Virus record (IMG/VR): IMGVR_UViG_3300035670_000058
Coordinates: 50,681-114,680 of that record
DNA length: 64,000 bases
Strand: one strand, 5' to 3'
Source of the DNA: a virus
The position numbers and the translations under genes were made by a program. This document shows positions 32,371-41,757 of this stretch, piece after piece; within the stretch, counting starts at the first letter, position 1, and each line of letters begins with the position of its first letter. The notes beneath the pieces are model-generated. The model was not told where the DNA came from and searched no databases. It worked only from the letters and a program-made list of their open reading frames with translations.

Positions 32371-32619
32371 CTAGCGGAAGTCGATATCCAGAATGGTCAG
32401 GCTTCCGTCGCTGATTTCCTTCTGTAGAGCATCGACTTCGATTTCGATGCGAGCGATCTTGGTATGGAGAGTATCGAGGATTTCCGCGAGAGCGATCTGC
32501 TCCTCGTTATCATCGGTGATTTCGGTGATCTGATCAGCGATCTGGTTGACCCACCAATTCGCGTCACCAATCTGCCCGATGACCTTCTCCAGCCCTTCGA
32601 TCAGAAGGTCTGTATTCAC
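32371..32619 (-). CDS. small acidic coiled-coil protein
   Basis: GTG start after AAGGA SD; hairpin terminator at 32340-32365. Confidence 0.7.
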   Translation of the reverse strand: MNTDLLIEGLEKVIGQIGDANWWVNQIADQITEITDDNEEQIALAEILDTLHTKIARIEIEVDALQKEISDGSLTILDIDFR

Positions 32620-33160
32620 TTGGGTCCTTCCTTCGCTACTGGCCTGGCCTGTCCTTATTGGGGACAAGCCCATTGTGCGCCTATTCCGCTGATATGTCAA
32701 TACCCTTTATGCAGTTGGTCACTATTGTCCACCTATTCTGTGAGCAGTACAAAGGTCCCAAAAGATGTGACATTTGGCCCTTGACAGGAGCCGGCAGATA
32801 TGCTAGCTCTACTTGCATACTTGCGCAAGCAGCTAAGTGACAAAAGTCACAAAAAAATGTGACAAATGGCACTTGACAAAGCCAATAGACTCCAGGCTCT
32901 ATCCTGGGCGCAAGCCAATGGACCTAGCCTTATATCTTGGACGCATGTATGAATATACTGATATACGCATATATGGATGAATTGAATTACGAATTCGGTT
33001 CTGTACATGTTCTGTTATATGGCCTGGCCTGTTAGGCTGTTCTGTTATAGAGATATAGCGCGATGAATTCCTGGCCGGCTGGTGAGCTTTCCCACGCGCA
33101 TGGGCCAGGCGATGGGCAAAGAGACAGGGCCGGGATCGCTCCCGGCCCTGTCGCCTCACC

Positions 33161-33466
33161 CTAGGCTGTAGGGTGGGCCGCTTCGAACGGCATTCCCCGT
33201 CCGATCCCCGTCCGATGGGCGTTAGCCGCATCGTAGAGGCGCTTAGCGATGCCACGGTGACGACGCCAGATCGCTTCGTCCACCAGCCGATCCACCAGCG
33301 CGGCAATCGTGCGAGGATCGATTTCCTCGCCCGTCACCAGCACCAGCGTGAGGCTACCGGACTCTTCGATCTGCTCCGCGAGGCTGCGAGCCATAGCGAA
33401 GATCGCGCCCGACGACTGCTCCCGCAGATCGAGTGCGATGGGATCGAACATTTGGCCTAGCACCAT
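33161..33466 (-). CDS. small protein, possible distant family B member
   Basis: AIWRRHRGIAKRLYDAAN; SD and terminator hairpin 33123-33152. Confidence 0.65.
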   Translation of the reverse strand: MVLGQMFDPIALDLREQSSGAIFAMARSLAEQIEESGSLTLVLVTGEEIDPRTIAALVDRLVDEAIWRRHRGIAKRLYDAANAHRTGIGRGMPFEAAHPTA

Positions 33467-33984
33467 CCTTTCCTATATCACCTTGGAACAAGGTGATTGT
33501 ACGCCTCGCGGCTAATAGATACCTAGGGCCAAAAGTCCCGAAAAAAAGTGACAAATGGCCCTTGACAAGCTATGCCGGCATATGTTAGGGGCCAGGTTAA
33601 GAAATCTTAGCTTGTTTAGTAAACTAAGCCAATGGAGCGTGTACTATAAATGGTACGCCCGTTCTATTTCCAGGGCTTGAGCCAATGGACCTAGCCTTAT
33701 TAGGGGGGCGCAGGAATATATCACTGATTGAATTAGAATTGAATTACGGTTCTGTTAGGATTACATACCAATCCAAGTTCTGTTATGCGCATGTATGTAT
33801 CCTGGGCACATATATCGCCGGCTGATATATTCCTGGCCTAGCAGTAGCTTGTTGCCGGCGCAACAGCTCATGCGGCATGAAGTATATATTGGTCACTATT
33901 GTCCACCCGAATTCTCTTGACACAGCCAGGTGCATCCGGTACGCTTAGCCTGCGTCCAGCGGCAAAGATAGTACGGGAGATGAC

Positions 33985-34338
33985 ATGGACCAGAACGGCG
34001 GCACTCAGGACTTCCTGAGCGAGATCGCGCACGCGACATGGATCGCGTGCAACCCTCAGACCACATCCCCTGCCGACGTCGAGGAATTGGGTATCCTCGC
34101 AATCCGCGATCTCAACGCAGCCATCGAGAATGGCGACTACATGATGGCGACCGTAGCCAACGCAATCGTGTCCACCGTCCATCGCGCAATGGTCTGCCGG
34201 GGAATGTTCCTCGACGCGACCGATCTCTTCTGCCGGGTCAACGCTACTGCCAAGAGCATCGGCATCGATGACATGCTCGACGGGCAGACCTACACCGAAT
34301 ACGTCGAGGCGATCCTCGACTGGTACGCTCAGGCGTAG
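33985..34338 (+). CDS. small protein, paralog family B
   Basis: VHRAMVCRGMFLDATDLFCRVN...QTYTEY; terminator hairpin 34352-34377. Confidence 0.75.
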   Translation: MDQNGGTQDFLSEIAHATWIACNPQTTSPADVEELGILAIRDLNAAIENGDYMMATVANAIVSTVHRAMVCRGMFLDATDLFCRVNATAKSIGIDDMLDGQTYTEYVEAILDWYAQA

Positions 34339-34923
34339 CGATCCACTAGGGTAGGGAGGCTAGCAATAGCCTCCCTATTCCTGTTGCCCTGGCCAGGGGC
34401 GCATATATATGCATGCATACTCATACAATGGGTATGCAATATTGCGTATAGACGCAATAGAACATCCGTTCTGTTTCGTTCTGAGCCAATGGAGCGTGCG
34501 CTGTTATAGGTGCGCCCATGTTCTGCGCATAGTGTACCGTTCTGTGTTCTGTTATATAGGGCCGGCTATACGATAGGTCCTGGGGTAAGCTTTACCTTGA
34601 GCTATATGGCCGGCTCTATATCTAATACCTGGGTATACCTTACATCTAGGTATAAGGTACACCTTATAACTTCAGGCCATCTTGGTGACATTTGGCCCAT
34701 TGACAGTGACCAATGGCATATAGTAGAGTACGGGCATGGTCATCTACTTCCACTCCACTAGCACAGGGGGCCACGCTATGGCACCGGATAGGCGCGATGC
34801 GCGCGTTGCAGCGCGGATCGCACAGGCGCAGGATCGCGCTGCGCGCGATGCTCGCAACACTGCGCGCGACAATGGCAAGTCAGAGTCAGATACGGCATAC
34901 GATTACAGGATGGGAGCGGCACA

Positions 34924-35313
34924 GTGAAGCGCAATCAGGCGCATCCCTGCTACGTCAACGGCAACACCCCTACGGGCATGGCGCATATGCCCATTGGCCG
35001 CTACGTGGAGTCAGTCCGCTACGGCGCATCCCTCACAATCGGCAACATCGTCCGTCGCAACGCTCTCCGCTACATGCTGGACGATGCCGCACAGGTCGCC
35101 GACACCGATACCACAATGGCGCTGCTAGATACAATCGAACACTACACTCCCAGTGTGCCGCGCTGCATGGGCACCGACACCGACTGCAACCACACACAGT
35201 CGGTGCACGACTGGGATGGATGCTTGCACGATACGTGCGAGTGCACCCTGCGATACGGTCGCGGTGTCAATCGACTCAATGAGATGATCATGGCAGAGGG
35301 ATACATGATCTGA
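34924..35313 (+). CDS. hypothetical protein with C-terminal Cys/His cluster
   Basis: CNHTQSVH...C...CEC; terminator hairpin 35334-35364. Confidence 0.6.
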   Translation: MKRNQAHPCYVNGNTPTGMAHMPIGRYVESVRYGASLTIGNIVRRNALRYMLDDAAQVADTDTTMALLDTIEHYTPSVPRCMGTDTDCNHTQSVHDWDGCLHDTCECTLRYGRGVNRLNEMIMAEGYMI

Positions 35314-35467
35314 CTTTCACAACTCAAATTCACAATTAGGGCCGGTTATACGCCGGCCCTAATTCATATTACCCAGGTTGCGTGATTGCGCAAGTACGCA
35401 AGACCCCCCCCTATATTCGCATCGAATTAGTGCACATTCAACGCCGTCGAGCTCTGTTACTGTACAT

Positions 35468-35616
35468 AAATCCGAGGTCAACTTTTTGAAACTTTTTAGA
35501 ATACGTCTGCCTTCATTCTGAAGGTACTATACAAAAATACGAGGTCAATTTTTTCCAGTTTTTTAGAAGACCTCTAGAGTAAAAAAATGGGAGCAAAAAT
35601 TTCACAGTTTTTTAGA
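35468..35616 (+). repeat. three degenerate ~33-bp direct repeats with T-tracts
   Basis: AAAT[C/A]CGAGGTCAA...TTTTTAGA at 35468 and 35535; weaker copy at 35585. Confidence 0.7.
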
Positions 35617-35649
35617 TAACTCTCGTCATAGTATACGGTAAAATTGGGC

Positions 35650-36325
35650 ATAAAAAAGTAAAGCCCCCAAGGAGCAAACGACTTCGGGGGGAAAGTCATT
35701 CGATCAACTTGGAGGCTTTACTTTGATCTGAACAACAGCCGAAATTAATTTTCAGATCAAAGCAAGGATCAGCGCCGCATACGTGGCGGCATCTATTCAG
35801 TTAGGTTCTGCGCCCTATCAGTACATTTGGGCGCAGAGTCTGGTTGCTTTACAACAAAGGATTTTTTGCTGTATTACTACGTGAATTTGAGTGTTCCTTG
35901 GCAACCTTTCTGTCAATGGAGAGTCTAGACTTCCTGACAGTGCCGCTGGGGTCGCTTTCACGTATACTGACCAGAACTATCCAACAACCACATTGGGGTA
36001 CAATATAGTTGTTATATAGCCGAAGGTTTTGATTGACCTATCAGATGCATTCAGTCAATCAATCAGATGCATGATACGCAGATAAGGGGCCGTGAGACAC
36101 CCTCTGTGTATGATGCAGAGAACGAGATTTCCAAATCATTCTCTTACGTCTGTCTGATATCAGCAGAGAGTTTGCCAGAAGGAGTCCTGATCTTTTGAGG
36201 GACCAGAGGTTTCTGGTTGTCTCCCCCGCTGCTGATGTATGTACTGTACCGTGCCCCAGACGACCCGTCAAGTTGCGGTTCGGTTACAACTCGGGGGCAA
36301 AGGCTCTATTTTTGGGAGCCGAGGG
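35650..36325 (+). ncRNA. candidate large structured non-coding RNA
   Basis: no credible ORF; more than ten stem-loops, most G-U wobbles favouring the + strand. Confidence 0.45.
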
Positions 36326-36338
36326 ATAAAAACTCACC

Positions 36339-36367
36339 TTGACAACCAATTGCCAATCGGCTATGCT
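36339..36367 (+). promoter_or_regulatory. sigma-70-type promoter
   Basis: TTGACA-17-TATGCT. Confidence 0.6.
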
Positions 36368-36477
36368 AGTAGGTACAGAGAGGGGAGTATTTTATCGCCT
36401 GAAATCTGGTCGATTTTTTCGACAGTTAATGTGGCTTGTCCGCAGTAGAATTGCGGTAGTAACCATTTCGGCGTCCT

Positions 36478-36717
36478 TTGTTCGAACAGTTGTTCTTGAA
36501 TTCCTTTCAGGGAGGAATTGTTTCGTTGGACCCAGATTATGAAGCCTACCGATTGTGCGGCAAGTGTGGGAATATGAAACCTCAGACAGAGGAATATTTC
36601 TACATCATGCGCCCAAGAGGGCCGCACAAGAGCATCGGTTGGCAATCGTATTGCCGCGAGTGCTGGAAAGACATCAATGCGGCGAATAAACTTCGCAGGA
36701 AGTTGGCGTGCAAGTGA
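36478..36717 (+). CDS. zinc-finger protein
   Basis: CGKCG..KP...YF...CREC. Confidence 0.6.
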   Translation: MFEQLFLNSFQGGIVSLDPDYEAYRLCGKCGNMKPQTEEYFYIMRPRGPHKSIGWQSYCRECWKDINAANKLRRKLACK

Positions 36718-36919
36718 CCTACATCAACACTGATTGCTGGTGCTATGGTGTCGGTTGCGAGTGGTGTTTCTGTGGATGGGATGAGCAATGACGTTTGTGA
36801 AGTGTTCTGTTCCTGTTGGCGCTAGGCCGGTGTTCCATTTCTGCAATCGCAGGAATGAACTCGCCTCTTGTCTGCACTGCAAGAAGGTTTTCTGCAAGCA
36901 GCACATGAGCAGACATCGC

Positions 36920-38200
36920 TCATAACTCCTGCACAGGGACACAGCCCCATTTCGGAATCAATGCCCTATTGACAACAGTCTCATTGTAGTCATAGGGCAC
37001 TCTACTCGATACCGTGTTATCACAGGTCTTACAGTAAGCAACTAAATAAATCTCGTCACTATAGACAAACGCTTCATGTGACGAGCCACGAACAGGCATG
37101 AATGAGTACATCCAATTGTGCTGCATTTGTGCCTGTTCTTTTGTTTGCAAAGCTTCAAGCATTTCTGCTGGTAATTCTGTCATTCACATTCACTCCTTAT
37201 TTCCTCTATCCATGTTGGACCAAATTCATACACGATATCATATTCATATGACCCATAAAGTCTAAACCCTTTCTCCTCGCATTTAAGGCATTGCATAGCC
37301 TTACGCTTTTTGACTGTTCCTTTACCTGTTGTAGTGTTAAACTTTTTATTCCAACTAAGTGTTATTTCCTCCATAGGACAGCCACAGTATTCGCAAAATT
37401 TGCGAGGGGGCCAGAACCTGTCCTTGATCTGCCAAGGAATCATTCTCGCTCCTTGTCATACTTAGCCCAAATCTCTAGGTTTGCTTTCTCATCCTCTGGA
37501 TCACGTAGCCTCTCTAGGGCATGTTCTGGTACTTCATGTCCTGCTGCTCGGTGTTCCATCAGATGATGGATCATCGCTTGATTGCTGCGGAACACATGAG
37601 GTACTGCTTTGGTTGTTTTCATATAGCCCTTGAATAGTTTATATGTGGGATCATCCACCCATTCGTACTCCTGTAGCCCGCACATGCAGCACTCAATACC
37701 GTCTGCGCTTGTGAATACATATACATCGCCTTCTAAGAATCTGCAATAACTCATGTTTCCTCCTTGCGCCCTTTAGGAAAACCTCCGGTCCAAGGTTCTC
37801 CTTCAAGATAGTCATAGATTGCATCCATACACCAATAAAAACCAACTTCAAATGCTTCCTTAGGATCAAGACCGTAACTTCTGCTTACTGGTCGGGGTGG
37901 TTCCAGTTGTTCAATATAATCCTCTAGCGCTCTGGCATATTTCATTGGCATCGGGCGCACATCAAGCGATGGGCAGATGCATTCATTTTTTGCACATCTG
38001 CCATCACATTTATCTATGTCCAGTGACGGTATCTTGGAAATAATCTTCTCTGCAACTGGAACAAGGTCTTTACCCCACCACTCAGGTCCCAGTATCTGGG
38101 CATCATTGATAGCAACAGCCAGTGTTAAAGCATCAATACCAATGATTGTTGAGCCAGAATCTCCACGCTCCACAGGCTGATCCATATCTTCCATTGACAT
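36920..38200 (-). other. four small hypothetical genes (36920-37183, 37180-37443, 37440-37754, 37751-38200)
   Basis: overlapping start/stop codons. Confidence 0.7.
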
Positions 38201-38699
38201 ATCCTATACCCCACTTTACCTGTGTAATTGGATTTGTTTTCCAATCATCTCCTGCGGATGCCATCTTGCGCCCCGGCAATGCTTGGGGAATTCCATAGGC
38301 TCCGCTGTTCTTGTTATAAGCGTTCCAGCGCCATCCGCTCTCTTTATTGAAGAGATTGTAGATACAGGAATACTGGTTATTTCCCAGTCTTTTGCGCGCA
38401 TATTTTTGCGCTGCGGTCTTTGATACCACCGGAACGTTTTGTGCCCTTCTAGGGGCTTTCTTGGGCTTCACAGAGGCTTTTACGATAGGTACTTCGACAA
38501 CAGGTCGAGTTGAAGGTAAAACTGTGAAGTCATAATCAGCATACACGTCCAGAGCCGTTGGCTTGTAGGTGTAGTTGAACTTGGTAAACTGAAAATCAGG
38601 CAAGGGATTGTATGACTCGCTTGGGGTCATACCACTTGCCTGACTGCATCCCGCTAGAAAGATTATTCCTAGTGAGGCACTAATAATTCTCTTCTTCAA
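38133..38699 (-). CDS. lytic transglycosylase (SLT-like) with lipoprotein-like signal
   Basis: KESGWRWNAYNKNSGAYGIPQALPG...NPITQVKWG...RYGS...HWY; LAGC lipobox. Confidence 0.85.
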   Translation of the reverse strand: MKKRIISASLGIIFLAGCSQASGMTPSESYNPLPDFQFTKFNYTYKPTALDVYADYDFTVLPSTRPVVEVPIVKASVKPKKAPRRAQNVPVVSKTAAQKYARKRLGNNQYSCIYNLFNKESGWRWNAYNKNSGAYGIPQALPGRKMASAGDDWKTNPITQVKWGIGYVNGRYGSACGAWRFWLNNHWY

Positions 38700-38767
38700 A
38701 TATTTCTCCTCCTCACCGGGGAGCCTGTGTACATGGTAGCACACAGCACCCCCTAGGGTCAAGTCTG

Positions 38768-38980
38768 CTAGGAAAACGGCAACTTGTCACGTTGAACCTC
38801 GGACCCGTCTTTAGGTACAATGTCAATATCCCTAAGGCCGCATCTGGTACAGACCCAGACCATAATAGTTTTATTTAACTTCTTTACTTTTCTTCTTCCT
38901 AATCTGATAGGAGCATAGCAACACTTGCTTCTGTACCCGTAGTCTAAGATAGTAACCTCCTCTGAGTATGCTCTGAGCAT
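38768..38980 (-). CDS. zinc-ribbon protein
   Basis: SKCCYAP...CTRCG. Confidence 0.6.
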   Translation of the reverse strand: MLRAYSEEVTILDYGYRSKCCYAPIRLGRRKVKKLNKTIMVWVCTRCGLRDIDIVPKDGSEVQRDKLPFS

Positions 38981-39134
38981 ACTCTATATATTACTTAGTA
39001 TATATATGCACCCTCCCCGCTCCACCCAATCGCTATTGTAGCAGTGCATATACCCTAGGTTCAAGTCAAAAAATAAAATTGCTAGAGAGCAAGCCTATGA
39101 AGCCCAAAAAGTCCTGACAGGAGCGTTTATAAGA

Positions 39135-39599
39135 ATGTCACTCACAAAGAAACCTAAAATATATGACTACTACGTCCTAGTGTATAAGCCCTCTCACCCC
39201 GCAGTTGTGGGCGATGGCTATGTACCTGAACAGATTCTCGTTGCAGAAGAAGAACTAGGACGTTACCTATATCCAGACGAATCAGTACGACACAAGAACG
39301 GGGACACAAATGACAATAGGCCAAGTAACTTGGAGGTTGTATCGGCTAGCCACGGATACAAGATAGTTAATCTTGGTACTGAGCATGTTGAACCCCGCAA
39401 GGGTGCTTCTCGCACGTTTATGCCTTGCAAGTTTCAGAAGCCGTGCTGGAAAGAGATTAGAGCGCCTATGGCGAGAAAGCACAAGATTTACCTTCCCTAC
39501 ATTTGCAGTTATCAGGAGTCAGGGGATGTATACAAGTGTTCAAGATTTTGGGGTTATGTTGATAAAGTTACAGAAGAAAGAGGGAGCGATAAAAATTGA
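39135..39599 (+). CDS. HNH endonuclease-like protein
   Basis: LGRYLYPDESVRHKNGDTNDNRPSNLEV. Confidence 0.75.
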   Translation: MSLTKKPKIYDYYVLVYKPSHPAVVGDGYVPEQILVAEEELGRYLYPDESVRHKNGDTNDNRPSNLEVVSASHGYKIVNLGTEHVEPRKGASRTFMPCKFQKPCWKEIRAPMARKHKIYLPYICSYQESGDVYKCSRFWGYVDKVTEERGSDKN

Positions 39600-41461
39600 G
39601 CGAAGTCTATCAGCCTACAGGGCTAGCAGAGGTTATATTTAGAGAAAGATACGCCATTCAACCCGACGAGACATGGGTTGAAGCAAGCAGACGACTGGCA
39701 ACACACGTAGCGGCTGCGGAACACAATGGAAACAAGACCCCAATAAGTGAGCAGTTCTACGAGGAAATTGTCACTAATCGGTTTATGCCGGGAGGAAGGA
39801 TTTGGTATGGGAGTGGTCGTCCTCGCGGTCAGTTGCTTAACTGTTTTGTTGTTCCTACTTCTGATAGCCGCGAAGGATGGGGGAAAACAATACACGACGT
39901 TATTGTCGTATCTGGCATGGGGGGTGGCGTTGGTATTAATTGCTCTCCTATCCGTCCTCGCGGTTCTAGGATTAATGGTACTGGGGGAATTGCCACAGGT
40001 GCTGTATCACTTATGCAGATGATCAATGCTGTCGGTGACGTATTGGTCAGTGGTGGAGGGCGCAGACTAGCCCTCATGTTAGACTTGAATATCACACATC
40101 CCGATATGATTGAGTTTATTGATGCAAAGCTTGACCGGGATGAATTAAAGAATGCAAACGTATCGGTGATCATTGACAAGCGACTGCCTACGGATGCATT
40201 CATAGGCAAGGTGCGAAATGGGGAAAATTTTGATCTGGTTTACTCTGGTACGACTCACGGGACAGTCAACGCCAAGGAGTTATGGGAAAAGATCGTCAGC
40301 AACGCATGGTCGGCAGGAGAGCCGGGTGTACTGAATGGTGATCTTGCTAATAAAGAGTCTAATATTTGGTATTATAAGCCACTTGTTTCTACTAACCCTT
40401 GCGGCGAGATTTGGCTTGAAGAGTACGGTTCATGCGATCTGGGTGCTATTGTTCTTCCTAGGTTTGTATCTTCTACTGGCACCTTTGACTGGGATCAACT
40501 GGCTAAGACGGTTAAGGTCGGGGTCAGATTCCTAGACAATGTTCTTTCTGTTAACGAATACCCGCTTCCAGAGATTCGTGATAACAACAACACGATTAGA
40601 CGCCTTGGATTAGGCATTATGGGCCTACACTCCATGCTCATCCAGTTGGGATATCGCTACTCATCTCCAGAAGCATTGGCATTTGTCAATGATCTGATGG
40701 CTTTCATAAAGGAAGTCGCTTATACTGCATCTATCGATCTTGCTGTTGAGAAGGGACCGTTCCCTGCATTCGATGCTAATGGTTTCTTGGCTTCAGGATT
40801 TGTCAAGCGGGCAATTCCTAAGCACATCAAGCGCTCGATTCGGGAGCATGGAATTCGCAATGCTGCAATACTGACGATTGCCCCAACAGGGACAACAGGT
40901 ATGGTAAGTAATGTGTCTACTGGTATTGAACCACTATTCTCTGCGGCATATTGGCGACGGTTCTACAGGCCAACACCTGATGGAAGCCGGCAATTAGATA
41001 AAGAGTTGGTCGTTGATCCTCTATGGGATCAAGTCGATGATGTTAGCGTTCTTGAAGGCGCATACGATGTTAAGCCTGAGTATCACTTCGAAATGCAGAA
41101 GATTTGCCAGTCGCACATTGACAATGCGACAAGCAAGACGATCAACTTAGCAGAAAATTACCCAGTTGAATCTCTATCAGACCTATGGCTAGAATATCTC
41201 CCATACGTCAAGGGCACCACCTTCTACCGTGCTGGTAGCCGTGGCGAGGAGCCTCTTGAGGCCATCCCTCTTGACGAAGCCAAGCGATTAGTTGCTCAAT
41301 CATCTTCCCATAATCATGCGACCGTTGCTGAACAGAACAGCATGGATTGCCCCGATGGAGTCTGCGAGATTCCTGAGGATTTGAAGCCCCGTATAGGGTA
41401 TATGGAAGGTCAGGCATGGATGCGTGATGAGGGACCAGTCCCAACAATCAAAATGATATAG
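39596..41461 (+). CDS. nrdJ: class II (adenosylcobalamin-dependent) ribonucleotide reductase
   Basis: LLNCFV, GGGVG, TNPCGE, CDLG, RRLGLGIMG, TIAPTGT, GIEP, C-terminal CPDGVC; no nrdB in window. Confidence 0.9.
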   Translation: MSEVYQPTGLAEVIFRERYAIQPDETWVEASRRLATHVAAAEHNGNKTPISEQFYEEIVTNRFMPGGRIWYGSGRPRGQLLNCFVVPTSDSREGWGKTIHDVIVVSGMGGGVGINCSPIRPRGSRINGTGGIATGAVSLMQMINAVGDVLVSGGGRRLALMLDLNITHPDMIEFIDAKLDRDELKNANVSVIIDKRLPTDAFIGKVRNGENFDLVYSGTTHGTVNAKELWEKIVSNAWSAGEPGVLNGDLANKESNIWYYKPLVSTNPCGEIWLEEYGSCDLGAIVLPRFVSSTGTFDWDQLAKTVKVGVRFLDNVLSVNEYPLPEIRDNNNTIRRLGLGIMGLHSMLIQLGYRYSSPEALAFVNDLMAFIKEVAYTASIDLAVEKGPFPAFDANGFLASGFVKRAIPKHIKRSIREHGIRNAAILTIAPTGTTGMVSNVSTGIEPLFSAAYWRRFYRPTPDGSRQLDKELVVDPLWDQVDDVSVLEGAYDVKPEYHFEMQKICQSHIDNATSKTINLAENYPVESLSDLWLEYLPYVKGTTFYRAGSRGEEPLEAIPLDEAKRLVAQSSSHNHATVAEQNSMDCPDGVCEIPEDLKPRIGYMEGQAWMRDEGPVPTIKMI

Positions 41462-41469
41462 GAGAAATA

Positions 41470-41757
41470 ATGGTACGACCCGGTAGACCGATGCACCATG
41501 TGCATAACTGGCAATTGAAGATCAAGCGCTTTGACCCAAGAATGACCCAGAACGAGAAGGGTTGGTACGGATTCTACGCTGAACGCTACTGGGAATGTAT
41601 TCGTGGGGGAAAGGTTAAGCATGTTATGCCTTCAAAGGAGTATCCTGCATACGCGCAGGATTTTGACAGCGATGGCTTCTTTAGATGGAAACAGTTAGAA
41701 CCTAAAGTTTTCGTTGCTCTATCAGGGAGTCCTTACGTTGTCGAAGACCCTTATTGA
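41470..41757 (+). CDS. hypothetical protein
   Basis: ORF with SD. Confidence 0.55.
   Translation: MVRPGRPMHHVHNWQLKIKRFDPRMTQNEKGWYGFYAERYWECIRGGKVKHVMPSKEYPAYAQDFDSDGFFRWKQLEPKVFVALSGSPYVVEDPY

Larger units (their letters stand above)
28081..34570 (+). repeat. periodic (~760 bp) intergenic repeat module with paired AGCCAAT[A/G]GA boxes
   Basis: 19 same-strand boxes at 28081, 28151, 28191, 28957, 29079, 29115, 29835, 29869, 30598, 30631, 31370, 31404, 32128, 32163, 32880, 32913, 33627, 33680, 34484. Confidence 0.9.

Noticed and set aside
28081-34500. CRISPR array interpretation of the AGCCAAT repeats
   Set aside because: Conserved core is only 10-13 nt, units are about 760 bp apart and contain genes, and no cas genes are present
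28081-34500. Eukaryotic CCAAT-box promoters
   Set aside because: Genes use Shine-Dalgarno and sigma-70 signals and the boxes ignore gene orientation; the resemblance is probably coincidental
35650-36325. tmRNA or RNase P RNA
   Set aside because: No tRNA-Ala-like ends with T-loop and CCA, and no RNase P conserved GAGGAAAGTCC core
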